From: Mobula birostris | Lineage: Eukaryota | Direction: 5' to 3' | DNA: 64,000 bases | Assembly (NCBI RefSeq): GCF_030028105.1 | Contig: NC_092383.1 | Coordinates: 86,385,921-86,449,920, forward strand | Part shown: piece after piece, positions 49,233 to 62,057 of the stretch | Layout: the number at the start of each line of letters is the position of its first letter | How positions within the stretch are numbered: position 1 is the first letter of the stretch | The notes under the pieces: model-generated | The model's database searches: none | What the model saw: the letters and a program-made list of their open reading frames with translations, nothing else | Told to the model about the DNA's origin: nothing | Translations under genes and position numbers: made by a program

Positions 49233-51529
49233 CTGATGTGAACAAGTGCAGAGAAACTAAACATCTTCAACAAAACTATTTTGTTTCAGCATCTAGATCA
49301 TTGAACAACAATAACAATTCAGGGAAGTGAAAAGGCCACTTAACCATTGTGTTGAAACCTAATCCCAATCCTGTGCAGCCCCGTAAATACAATGGTGGGA
49401 TCATAAAATGTTTACCAGTCAGTTCTTGGGAAGTTATCCAAGAACTGAGGCTTTATAAGGTATAGGTCAGATTCAATGGGCTGAGTGGCCTAATTCTGTT
49501 CTGTTTTATTGTCTTCTGGTCTATGGTCTTAACTGATGAAGCAATGCAGGAAGAGGATGCAACAACTAGTTGACTTGAAGCATCCATTGGATCCACCCTG
49601 AATACTGTCTTCTGAGCACAGAAGTTCTAAACTTACTCCTTGAGCATTACTTTGGGATGTCCTCGGAAAAGGAAAGGGTCCCTTTCAGAATCAGGATCAG
49701 TTTATTTTCACTGTCTTCTGATGTGAAATGTGTTGTTTTGCAGTAGAAAAACTAAGTAAGTTCCTTGCCTCAGAGCATTAATGAACTCCAGTTTAACAGG
49801 TCCAGGTCCACAAGTGGGACCACTGCTTCTGGAATTATCCCCAGGCAATCAACACCCATCAGATAACCCTGAGCTGAAGAGGGCAAGAGCTTCATCAGAT
49901 TCCGGTGTTATTGTGTCACATCCTCACACAGCAGGCAAAGGTTATTATGCCATATTCCTACCTGCCGATGAGGCTTTTCAAAGTTCAAAATTCAAATTCA
50001 ATTTATTATGAAGGTACATACATGTCAGCATAAACTATCCTGATTATAATGACGATAATGCAGTTCACCTTCTCTCATTTTCAAGACCGTTTATTGTACA
50101 TTCATGGGTTACAGTCACAGATCAGTACTGAGAAAAGTTACACCTTCTAGTTGCAGATTCACACCCTGATGACCAATGTAAGCTGCAATAATTTGCAGCT
50201 CTCTCATTTTATTCAGCACCCAACTTTTATTTCCATTGCTCGTTCTCCTTTAAGGCCTTTGTACAGTGACTGGAAATGTTCATGCTGTGTCTCTTTCTCA
50301 CTCCATTTCGACAAAATGTGTTATGAAAAGTCAGTAACCTTGTCAAACTTGAAAATCTTCATAGTAACTTTAGTAGCAAAGTTTGTATGTATTGCCATAT
50401 TCTATCCTCAGTTCCATTTTCTTACAGGCATTCACAGTAGAACAAAGAAGTACAATAGAATCAGTAAAAACTACACACAAGAGCTGACAAAATATAATCT
50501 GCAATGGAAGGCAAACTATGCAAATACAAAAAAATTATTGATTGTAAATATAAGACTGAGACATGAGTTGTGGAGACATTGAAAGTCAGTCCATAGGTTG
50601 TGTTCAGTGAGCACTTCACTGTTGAGCTGAGTGAAGTTATCAATACCTGGTTCAGGAGCCTGATGGCTGAACTGTTCCTGAAGCTGATGGTTTGGGACGT
50701 TCCAAAGGGAGCAGTGAGAAGAGAGCATGTCTGGATGATGAGGATCCTGGATGATGGATCCTGCTTTCTTGTGGAAACCCTCCTTTGTCGGTGTGCTCAT
50801 TGTATGGGAGGGCTTTACCTATGATCTGATCAGTCTTGACCAATTTCCACACAGACCGTCTCTGAGTCATGAATGGCTCTGTTTTTTATAGAAGCCTGTA
50901 AGTCAATATTGCCCATAAATTAGAAAACAGACAAATATCATACAATGTGGTATCCATACCTCCATGGTATTCTAATGAAGGGCATCAACTGCATATAAAA
51001 CTAAAAAGGAGTAATTCTGAAAAGAGATGAGAACGAAAACTCATTATGTTATTTGTAGGAACAGAGAACATAGAACAGTACAGCACAGTACAGGCCCTTT
51101 GGCCCCCAGAGTAGTGCTAAATTGTATTCCATGATCAAGCTAATCCTTCCCTCCTACATTGCACTTAACACTCTATTTTAATACATATATGTGTGTAGCT
51201 CTCTCAGAGCTTCTTAAATGTCCCTGTTGTATCAGCCTCTATCATCAAGCCTACAGTGAATTCCAGAGAGCTGCCACTCACTGTGTGGAAAAAAAAACCT
51301 ACCTCTTACATCTCCCCTAAACTTTCCTCCACTCACCTTAAATGGGTGTCCTCTGGTACTGGTCTTTGTCATGATGAGATCGGTGTGCTGCCTATCCACT
51401 CAACCAATGCTTTATACTCCACAATACTCCACGTGTGATCGAACCAGAGCTGCAATATTTCCTTGTGGCTCTTGAACTCAATCACATCAACTAGTGAAGT
51501 TTAGCACATCATACACCTTCTTTAAGTAT

Positions 51530-52340
51530 CTGAGAATGGGCAAAGAAATGGCTGATGGAATACAGTGTCGGGAAGTGTTTGGTCATACACTTTAGTAGAA
51601 GAAATGAAAGGATGAACTACTTTCTAAATGGAGAGAAGATACCAAAAACTGAGGCACAAAGGGACTTGAGAGTTCTTGTGCAGGATTCCCTCAAGGTTAT
51701 TTTGCAGGTTGAGTCTGTGGTAAGGAAGGCAAATATGATGTTAGAATATAAAAGCAAGGATGTAATGTTGAGACTTCATAAAATACTGGTGAGGCCTCAT
51801 TTGGAGTATTACGAGCAGCTCCTCATCTTGAAAAGGATGTGCTGAAACTGGAGAGGGTTCAAAGGAATTTCACGAAAATGATTCCAGGATTGAATGGCAT
51901 TTCATATGAAGAGCATTTGATGGCTCTAGGCTGTATTCAATAGAATTCAGAAGAATGAGTGGAGACCTAATTGAAACCTATCACATGCTGAGAGGCCTTG
52001 ATAGAGTGGATGTGGAAAGGATGCTTCCTTTGGTGGGAGAGCCTAAGACTAGACAACATAGCCTCAGAATAGGGGTGTGTCAATTCAGAATGGAGATGAG
52101 GATGAATTTCAAAGTTGGAGATCGGTGAACCTCTGGAATATTTGCCACATGCAGCTGTGGAGGGTGAGTCTTCATGTATAATTAAGGCAAAGATTGATAG
52201 CTTCTTCATTGGTCAGAGCATGAAGAGATACGGGGAGAAAAGCAGGAGATTGAGGCTAAGAGCAAAACTGGAGTTTCCATGATGAATTGGTGGAGCAGGC
52301 TCAATGAGCCAAATGGCCTAATTATGCTCCTATATCTGAA
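51530..52340 (+). mobile_element. Decayed CR1 3' fragment
   Basis: [15 protein letters not shown] motifs and CR1 3' UTR. Confidence 0.8.
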
Positions 52341-52949
52341 CTTCTCAGCCACAAGCAATAGCAGATATTTTAACTTGAAGCAAAAATAAAGATTTGGATT
52401 TGTCCTGAAGCAGAGGATTAATCTGAAATGCTGACCACTCTGCCTATGTTGAACACACCTGTCTCCCTGGGTTCCTCCAGAACTTTTATATTTTGCTTGA
52501 TTAAAAATGTCAGGTGTGTTGAGTCATTGGGAGAAGTGCTCATGGTGGAAAGAGAAAGAGCACATGTTGAGTGTTTTTGTGATTGTGAGTAGGAAGTTGT
52601 GGGCTTCGTGTTTACAGGCTCCACGACATTTACCATGCCGTGCTCTAAATTCAGGCTGATTCTATAGCCTGCTCAGGCTGCTCCAGGCTTCGAGTCTGAG
52701 GACGTACTTTCATTCTAAATACTATTTGCTTACTTTTATTGTTTGCACATTTCTCTCTGTCTCTGCACATCAGGAGATTTTTGATCTTTTATTGATGGGC
52801 TACTTTGGGCTTCTTTGTTTTGTGGCTACCTATAAAGAGATGGATTTTAAGAGTTGAAAATAAATGTACATTGCACTTTGAACTTTTGAATGATGAAATG
52901 GTGGAATAGACCCAATGGGAAGGATAGCCTAATTCTTCTCCTATGTTGT

Positions 52950-53453
52950 TGTGATGGAAATGAGACAGATTCTTTGGGTCTCAAAGGCAAGGATTCTGGA
53001 CACACAGTTTTAACAATAAGGAGTTTATTTACAAGGGGAGAAGAGCTTGAGGACAACACAAGTGGCTAAAATATTCGCACAAACACGCTTAGGATAGTCA
53101 AGCATGGGAAAAGTTGGGTTGGCAGTACGCTCCCAAAACCCTATTCAATGCACAGCTCACCACGTGTCTCCAGCGCTGTTCTGTAGTCTTCAGCCTGGAG
53201 TGAAGCAGGGTGGTCCCTCGAGGATGGCAAAAAAGAGAGCTGGCCAAGCACATGTAGCACCCTTTATAGGTCAGGGGGCTGGAGGGTCCAGCCCAGGTGA
53301 TTCACTGGGGGGCCAACGGCTTGGTAGTAGATGGGTTAATCCAATTAAGGTGGCCAATGGTTAAGTGTGCATTGATTAGTTGGGAGGGGTGAAATGTTGA
53401 CTGGCATGTGGTGTGCCTTCCGACCAGGTAGAGGGCAGTGCTGAGCCATGACA
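52950..53453 (-). mobile_element. Possible solo LTR inserted in a CR1 tail
   Basis: TG...CA bounded unique 504 bp with a polyA signal on the minus strand; absent from paralogous tails at 34.0 and 47.7 kb; no clean TSD. Confidence 0.4.
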
Positions 53454-56400
53454 GGCACGGCTCTCTGGATATATATGTCTTTTGGTTTTATGGTCTTCTT
53501 ATACAGGCAACAAACTGGTGAACCTCTTCTGCAATCCCCAAGTGTGTTCTAACTGTATTTTTATACATTTGTAACATAAATTCTTGAGTGATTAATGCTG
53601 GCCCAATGCCATAAGCTCTCTTTACCACCTACTTTACCGTCTCCCTCGATTCCAAAGTTTGGGGAATTATGGACTCCAAGATTTGTGCATCATTCTGGAT
53701 CTGCCTTGATGATAATTCAATCAGACGTGTTTTATAGAACTTGCTGCTGAGAAAGAATAAAAATAGGAAATAGGTGTGACGTGGAAGGGTTTTTCATGCA
53801 AACTCAGCAGACAGTACCTCATTTCATTCTCTCTCCTCTCTAAAGGCTATGGCCGATCTTCGAAGGAACCTTAAAAGCTTACCCTTCTGAATTCTATTCC
53901 AGTTGTCGGTGCAATTTCAAGAGCCCTGATGGGATTTCACTTTGCTTCAGTCCAATATGAGGGGAAAACCCACTGAATGGAATTACCCATTCACAGCGGG
54001 TAAAATCCACGTCGGATCTCTTAAACCAAATCAACTCCATTTTGAAAGGAAATAGTCTGCATATGTAGACAGCTCCTGTAGTTTCTTTTTCTCATAGATT
54101 CATGGGGCACAGTTAATGTACAGGTCACATTTGTCCAAGAAGAAGACATTTCTATCTTACCTTCTGCACTTCTTTCTATGTTAGTCGAACTGTGATCTAT
54201 CCAGATTCATGCTGTGCGATCCCCTGGGGCAGATGAAGTCTGAGGAGAGCTTCAGTCCAAGGGATTAGAATTCCCACATGTCACACATATTGGAGAATAA
54301 ACACAGAATCAGAATCAGAATCAGGTTTAACATCACCGGCTTACCGTATGTCATGAAATTAACTATAGCAGTCCTAAACAGGAATATTTGATGATTCCCA
54401 TTGGGAAGGAGAAGCTTGTTTACAGAAGGCATTTATTAGTTCTTCCCTAAATTCTGTTTTGTAAGAGAAGTAAACAACACAGAAGTTCTAACAATATCCT
54501 TTGAGAACTGCTTGAGACAGCCTGGGACAGGGAAGTGTCCATTTCAGAATCAAAATCAGCTTTGTTTTCTCTGTCTTCTGATGTAAACTGTGTTGTTTTG
54601 CAGCAGAAAAAAAATAAACAAGTTCCTTCATTCAGACTATTAACGAGCTCAGGTTTAACAGGTCCAGGTTTACAAGTGGGACCACTGCATGTGGAATTAT
54701 CTGCAGATAATCAACCCTCATTAGCTAACCCTATCCTGAGGAGGTCATGAGCTCCAAACAGACTCTGGTGTTATTGGTGTTATTTGGTGCTTTTGCTTCA
54801 CATCCTTGCATCGGAGGTGACGGATATTGTGCTGTATTGCTCCTTGTCAGTGAGGCATTTTAAAGTTCAAAACTCAAATTGAGTTTATTATTGAAGTGCA
54901 TATATTTCAGCAAAAAAACTACTCTGGTTATAATTACAATAATGAAGTTCACCCTTTGTTCGATTTTCAGGATGTTCTATTCTATGTATGTACATTAATG
55001 GGTTACAGTCACGTGTTAGTTCTGAGAAAACTTACACCATCTATTTGCAGATTCACACCCTGATGACCAATGCAAACTCCAATAATCAGCAACTGACTCA
55101 TTTTAATCAGCACCCAACTTTTATTTCTACTGCTGGTCCTTTAGTACATTTGTGCAATGACTGGAGAGCTTTATGCTTGAGTCTCTTTCTCACTCCATTT
55201 CTACAAAATGTGTTCTGATGGGTAAGTAATCACGCACTTTATCACAGCTCAAAAAATCCAAAGCAAATTTATTTTCAAAATACATATAAATCACTATATA
55301 CTACCCAGAGATTCATTTTCTTGCAACCTTTCATTGGAGAACAAAGAAAAACAATAGAATCAATGAAAAACTACACACAAAAACTGATAAACGACAAACA
55401 TGCAAAGGAAGCCAATCTGTGCAAACACAATAAATAAGAAATTAATTAATACTGAGAACATAAAATTGTAGAGTCCTTGAAAGTGAGTCTATAGGCTGTG
55501 TTCAGTGATCTTTGCTGTTAAGTGACCAAAGTAAACCACTCTGGTTCAGGAGCCTGTTAGCTGAAGTGTTCCTGAATCTGTGGGCTTTGGGCCTAAGGCT
55601 TCTCTGTGTCCTTGCCAGTGAGAAGAGAACATGTTTGTATGATGGACGTCCTTGATGATGGATTCTGCTTTCTCATGGCAATACATCGCTGTAGATATGC
55701 TCGTTGGTGTGCTGGGCTGGGCTTTGCCTATCAATTGATCAAATCAGTATTAACCAATCTCCATACAGACTACCCCCGAGTAACGAATGGGTCTGTGTTT
55801 ACAGAGGCCAGAAAGTAAATATTGCCGATAAATCAGAAAACACAGAAATATCACTCAATGTGTTACCCATACCTTCATGGTATTGTAACGAAAGGATCAA
55901 CTGCAAATAAAACTGAGGAAAAACAGTAATTTTGAAAAGTGGAGAGAAAGTAAACCAGTTTTGTTATAACATAGAACATAAAACAGTTCGGCCCACAGTA
56001 TTGTGCTGATCTATACTCCATGATCAATCAAATACTTCCCAAATGCATAGCCCATGAGACTCTGTTTCGTACATACATGTGTAAGCCCATCTAGGAGTCT
56101 CTAAATGTCCCTATTGTATCAGCCTCTACCCCCATGCCTGCAGTGCGTTCCAGGGACCCACCACTCTCTGTATAACAAAAAACTTACTTCTTACATCTCT
56201 GCTAAACATTCTTCCACTCACCTTAAATGGATCTCCTCTGATATTGGTCATTGTTACCATGAGGAGGGGGTGCTGGCTATCCACTCAATCTATTCTCCAC
56301 AACGCTCCAAGAGTGATCAAACCAGAGTTTTCGAGAGCTGCGACATTACTTTACGGCTCTTGAACTTGATCCCCTCAACCGGTGAAGTCAAGCACCTCAT

Positions 56401-56670
56401 TCACCATCTTTAACACCGTTTCAACTTGCTCAACAACTTTAAAGGATCTACACATTTGATCCCAATGTCCCTCTGTAACTCCTCACTGTTAAGAATCCTG
56501 CCATTAACCTTGTAATCTGGCTTAAAGTTCAATTACCCAAAGTGTATCACAACATATTTTTCAGTGTTAAACTCCATCTACCACTTCTCCACCCGACATT
56601 GCATCCTGTCTTTGTCTGTTTGTATCTTATGACAACCTTCTGTACCACCCACAACACTGACAATCTACCC

Positions 56671-56780
56671 CCATATGTATATACAGTACTGTGCAGAAGT
56701 TGTAGGCGTATGTAAAAATAGTACAATCTACCATATGTATATACAGTACTGTGCAGAAGTTGTAGGCGTATGTAAAAATA
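56671..56780. repeat. Tandem repeat, period 60 with an identical 50-bp core, that includes a Tc1 terminal repeat; the Tc1-like element continues to about 57110
   Basis: ccatatgtatatacagtactgtgcagaagttgtaggcgtatgtaaaaata occurs twice; TA+CAGTACTGTGCA is a Tc1-type end. Confidence 0.8.
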
Positions 56781-57224
56781 TTTTATAAAGCGAAGAGGCT
56801 TCCAAAAATAATGAAATGTCAAGTTACCGAATATCAGATATTTACTATAAAGTGCAGTAAACAGAAAAAAGCTAAATAAAATCGATATTTGGTGTGACCA
56901 CTCTTTGCCTTAAGAACGGCATCCATTCCCTGAGGCACACAGTTGTGCAGTTTTATAAGAAAATCAGCTGCTTTTTCCAAGCAACTTGGAGAACTTGCCA
57001 CTGTTCTGCAGACTTGGGCTGTCTCGTTTGCTTCTGACTTTCCAGGTAATCCCAGGTAACCTGGATAATGTTGAGATCAGGACTCGGTGAAGGCTATGCT
57101 ATCTTGGGATGCCTAAGAATTTTGCACGGTAATGTACATTGGAAATTTGAATTAAGTAACATTACAGAGGTTCATTTGTGTGTACAAGTGACATTAAGTC
57201 AAGTGATTATAACTTGGGAATGAG

Positions 57225-57740
57225 CTTGTCCTGTCCAAGACCGAAAGAAGCCGCAGAAGATCGTGAACACGGCGCAGCACATCACACAAACCAATCTTCC
57301 GTCCTTGGAGTCACTTTACACCACACGCTGTCGGAGCAGTGCTGCCAGGATGATCAAGGACACGACCCACCCAGCCAACACACTTTTCGTACCTCTTCCC
57401 TCCGGGAGAAGGCTCAGGAGCTTGAAGACCCATACGGCCAGAGTTGGGAACAGCTTCTTTCCAACTGTGATAAGACTGCCGAACGGATCCTGACCCAGAT
57501 CTGGGCCATACCCTCCAAATATCTGGACCTGCCTCTCAGTTTTTTTGCACTCCCTTACTTTCCATTTTTCTATTTTCTATTTATGATTTATAATTTAATT
57601 TTAATACTTCTTTTTACTATTTTTAATATGTTTAATATTTCATATTTGTAATCCAGGGAGCGGGAACTGCAGAATCAAATATCGCTGTGATGATTGTACA
57701 TTCTAGTATCAATTGTTTGGTGACAATAAAGTATAAAGTA
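57225..57740 (+). mobile_element. Rex1/Babar 3' end
   Basis: LPSLESLYTTRC..LPSGRRLRSLKTHT..NSFFP; aataaagtataaagtata tail. Confidence 0.8.
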
Positions 57741-57870
57741 TAACTGTATCCTCTTTTATCTTAACATTACTCCTCCTACCAGATCAATTCTTTAAACTAA
57801 CACTCTTCCATTTTTAACTCAGATCTGATGAGAAATTCCTGACCTGAAACTGGATTTAATGAAAAGTTCC

Positions 57871-58351
57871 TGTTATGATTTGCAGCTTCAAAACAGTGAA
57901 CGAATTCAAAGCAAACAACAGAGCTGGGAAATGAGAATCTTAGACTGTGTTTTTACTTTAAGTGAGGCGCACATGTATCACATAGAAACATAGAAAATAG
58001 GTGCAGGAGTAGGCCATTCGGCCCTTCGAGCCTGCACCGCCATTTATTATGATCATGGCTGATCATCCAACTCAGAACCCCGCCCCAGCCTTCCCTCCAT
58101 ACCCCCTGACCCCCGTAGCCACAAGGGCCATATCTAACTCCCTCTGAAATATAGCCAATGAACTGGCCTCAACTGTTTCCTGTGGCAGAGAATTCCACAC
58201 TTTCACCATGTTGGTGTCATGACATATCAATTCATATCATTTACTTATGAACCATATTTAATTACTTAAACAAACAAGAATACTTAATCAAACAATATTT
58301 ACAATATTACTCGAATATTTACAATATTACTGAAATATTAAATACACAACA
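57871..58351 (-). mobile_element. Gypsy 3' LTR, interrupted by a CR1 3' end (57981-58208, minus)
   Basis: TG...CA ends; similar to the LTR at 2775-3098; a purine-rich PPT-like AAGGAG directly precedes it on the minus strand. Confidence 0.8.
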
Positions 58352-58600
58352 CTCCTTGCAACTTAAGTATAAATTCCATCTGAATAGAAAATGCATCTCA
58401 CTATATATACAGTATACTATATGAAGGATTTCATACTCTTGGCATATCATCCTTCCTGAAACAGGGGATCACTCTGCTTAGCAGATGAGACTTGTAGCTG
58501 TGAAACCATCTTAGGTTCTGGGGCCTCCTCCACAGTGGGTTGTAAGAGCTGTTGACCCTGAGACTGCAGGAAGTGGTTCTGACTGCGATGGACATCTTTC
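58352..58600 (-). mobile_element. Gypsy pol C-terminal tail and 3' non-coding region
   Basis: REERCPSQSEPLPAVS... Pro/Ser/Thr-rich post-integrase tail leading into PPT and LTR; family assignment by recollection. Confidence 0.65.
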
Positions 58601-58685
58601 TTCTCTTTCCCATTTCTTCTTCTAGTTCATGCATTTAGCTCACTGGAGTATTCTCTTATTAATCCTTCTATTGCTCCCTTTACAA
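58600..58685 (-). pseudogene. RBM25: RBM25 retro-fragment, distal piece
   Basis: VKGAIEGLIREYSSELNA then LEEEMGK, compared with recalled human RBM25 IKGAIEVLIREYSSELNA and KLEEEKGK. Confidence 0.85.
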
Positions 58686-61546
58686 AAGGACGGGTTGCAC
58701 TTGAATCCTAGGGGGACCAATATCCTGGCAGGGAGATTAGCGGGGGCTACTGAGGTGACTTTAAACTAGAATGGTTGGGGGGTGGGAATCAAATTAAAGA
58801 GGCTAGGCGAGAGGAGGTTAGTTCACAACAGGGGGATGGGAACCAGCGCAGAGAGACAGAGGGGTGTAAAGTGAGGGTAGAAGCAAAAAGTACTATGGAG
58901 AAAAGTAAAAGTGGCAGGCCGACAAATCCAGGGCAAGCATTAAAAAGGGCCACTTTTCAGCATAATTGTATAAGGGCTAAGAGAGTTGTAAAAGAGCGCC
59001 TGAAGGCTTTGTGTGTCAATGCAAGGAGCATTCGTAATAAAGTGGATGAATTGAAAGTGCAGATTGTTATTAATGATTATGATATAGTTGGGATCACAGA
59101 GACATGGCTCCAGGGTGACCAGGGATGGGAGCTCAACGTTCAGGGATATTCAATATTCAGGAGGGATAGACATGAAGGAAGGGGAGGTGGGGTGGCGTTG
59201 CTGGTTAAAGAAGAGATTAACGCAATAGAAAGGAAGGACATAAGCCGGGAAGATGTGGAATCGATATGGGTAGAGCTGCGTAACACTAAGGGGCAGATGA
59301 CGCTGGTGGGAGTTGTGTACAGGCCACCTAACAGTAGTAGTGAGGTCGGAGATGGTATTAAACAGGAAATTAGAAATGTGTGCAATAGAGGAACAGCAGT
59401 TATAATGGGTGACTTCAATCTACATGTAGATTGGGTGAACCAAATTGGTAAAGGTGCTGAGGAAGGGGATTTCTTGGAATGTATGCGGGATGGTTTTTTG
59501 AACCAACATGTTGAGGAACCAACTAGAGAGCAGGCTATTCTGGACTGGGTTTTGAGCAATGAGGAAGGGTTAATTAGCAATCTTGTCGTGAGAGGCCCCT
59601 TGGGTAAGAGTGACCATAATATGGTGGAATTCTTCATTAAGATGGAGAGTGACATAGTTAATTCAGAAACAAAGGTTCTGAACTTAAAGAGGGGTAACTT
59701 TGAAGGTATGAGACGTGAATTAGCTAAGATAGACTGGCAAATGACACTTAAAGGATTGACGGTGGATATGCAATGGCAAGCATTTAAAGGTTGCATGGAT
59801 GAACTACAACAATTGTTCATCCCAGTTTGGCAAAAGAATAAATCAAGGAAGGTAGTGCACCCGTGGCTGACAAGAGAAATTAGGGATAGTATCAATTCCA
59901 AAGAAGAAGCATACAAATTAGCCAGAGAAAGTGGCTCACCTGAGGACTGGGAGAAATTCAGAGTTCAGCAGAGGAGGACAAAGGGTTTAATTAGGAAGGG
60001 GAAAAAAGATTATGAGAGAAAACTGGCAGGGAACATAAAAACGGACTGTAAAAGCTTTTATAGATATGTAAAAAGGAAAAGACTGGTAAAGACAAATGTA
60101 GGTCCCCTGCAGACAGAAACAGGTGAATTGATTATGGGGAGCAAGGACATGGCAGACCAACTGAATAATTACTTTGGTTCTGTCTTCACTAAGGAGGACA
60201 TGAATAATCTTCCAGAAATAGTAGGGGACAGAGGGTCCAGCGAGATGGAGGAACTGAGCGAAATACATGTTAGTAGGGAAGTGGTGTTAGGTAAATTGAA
60301 GGGATTGAAGGCAGATAAATCCCCAGGGCCAGATGGTCTGCATCCCAGAGTGCTTAAGGAAGTAGCCCAAGAAATAGTGGATGCATTAGTGATAATTTTT
60401 CAAAACTAGTTAGATTCTGGACTAGTTCCTGAGGATTGGAGGGTGGCTAATGTAACTCCACTTTTTAAAAAAGGAGGGAGAGAGAAACCGGGGAATCATA
60501 GACCGGTTAGCCTAACGTCGGTAGTGGGGAAACTGCTGGAGTCAGTTATCAAGGATGTGATAACAGCACACTTGGAAAGCGGTGAAATGATCGGACAATG
60601 TCAGCATGGATTTGTGAAAGGAAAATCATGTCTGACGAATCTCATAGAATTTTTTGAGGATGTAACTAGTAGAGTGGAAAGGGGAAAACCTGTGGATGTG
60701 GTATATTTGGATTTTCAGAAGGCTTTTGACAAGGTCCCACACAGGAGATTAGTGTGCAAACTTAAAGCACATGGTATTGGGGGTAAGGTATTGGTGTGGG
60801 TGGAGAGTTGGTTAGCAGACAGGAAGCAAAGAGTGGGAATAAACGGGACCTTTTCAGAATGGCAGGCGGTGACTAGTGGGGTACTGCAAGGCTCAGTGCT
60901 GGGACCCCAGTTGTTTACAATATATATTAATGACTTGGAGGTACTACTGCAGTTGTACAAGTCCTTGGTGAGACCCCACCTGGAGTATTGTGTGCAGTTT
61001 TGGTCCCCTAATCTGAGGAAAGACATCCTTGCCATAGAGGGAGTACAAAGAAGGTTCACCAGATTGATTCCTGGGATGGCAGGACTTTCATATGAAGAAA
61101 GACTGGATGAACTGGGCTTGTACTCGTTGGAATTTAGGAGATTGAGGGGGGATCCGATTGAAACGTATAAGATCCTAAAGGGATTGGACAGGCTAGATGC
61201 AGGAAGATTGTTCCCGATGTTGGGTAAGTCCAGAACGAGGGGCCACAGTTTGAGGATAAAGGGGAAGCCTTTTAGGACCGAGATTAGGAAAAACTTCTTC
61301 ACACAGAGAGTGGTGAATCTGTGGAATTCTCTGCCACAGGAAGCAGTTGAGGCCAGTTCATTGGCTATATTTAAGAGGGAGTTAGATATGGCCCTTGTGG
61401 CTACGGGGGTCAGGGGATATGGAGGGAAGTCTGGGGCGGGGTTCTGAGTTGGATGATCAGCCATGAGCATAATACATGGCGGTGCAGGATCGAAGGGCCG
61501 AATGGCCTACTCCTGCACCTATTTTCTATGTTTCTATGTTTCTATG
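58686..61546 (+). mobile_element. Young CR1 (ORF1 end, ORF2 with a premature TAG at 60407-60409 and a deletion near 60937), 7-bp TSD TTTACAA
   Basis: 544-aa endonuclease ORF, RT motifs, (tttctatg)n tail; TTTACAA at 58679-58685 and 61547-61553. Confidence 0.95.
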
Positions 61547-62008
61547 TTTACAACCTGATCTGCCCTCTAGGTTTCCTCATCCACAACCTGTGGCAAATCC
61601 TGTTTTTGTCTCTCCTTTGACTCTATTTCTTTTTGGCCTTCCTTTCATCGATCTGGTCTTTGGTCTTTGGTCTTTGCATCTACTTTTACAAGCAATTTTT
61701 TCTCCTACTTGACATTCCTGCAACAACCATAAAACACACAGAGTAGGTTTCAGTTCTTTACAGGCACAAAAGCCAAATGCTTGCAACTTTCCTGAAGATC
61801 CTTAAACTCTCCTCCAGCTTAAAACCAAGCCACATTTCACAAGTATCTGACTGATTAACTTATCAGAAGCTTTCTCAGACATGTTGCCTATAAAAACTGT
61901 TGTAGTCCAACTAGTGCTTTCATCATTTTCACTCTTCCTCTGAGCAGCGTGGCCCTTCCTTACAGGAATATGCTTTCCAATCAGAGGCATAGAAGTTGGA
62001 ACCAACAC
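61547..62008 (-). pseudogene. RBM25: RBM25 retro-fragment, proximal piece covering the RRM
   Basis: VLVPT..GKH..ENDE..TTTVFIGNMSEKASDKLISQILVKCGLVLSWRRV*GSSGKLQAFGFC..LLVKVDAKTK..DEET*RADQVV; no introns; stops and frameshifts. Confidence 0.92.
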
Positions 62009-62057
62009 ATGTTTGTTCTCAGTTAGGCAATGGTTTATGATGTATGTCAAAGAGGCA

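Noticed and set aside
54160-54240. Exon-like segment with an acceptor and GTAAGA donor in the repeated upstream block
   Set aside because: Stops in all three frames, and the 35-kb paralog is interrupted. It could only be non-coding.
56671-56780. 60-bp tandem repeat as a CRISPR-like or functional array
   Set aside because: Only two units with no spacers. It is explained by duplication of a Tc1 end with its flank, or by an assembly artefact.
59140-61470. Long minus-strand ORFs (258 aa, 251 aa) and similar antisense ORFs elsewhere
   Set aside because: They are antisense shadows of CR1 or Rex1 ORF2 with no independent protein signature.
58600-62008. Functional RBM25 gene
   Set aside because: It has several stops, frameshifts, an internal deletion and a 2.9-kb CR1 insertion, and lacks the N-terminus and PWI domain.
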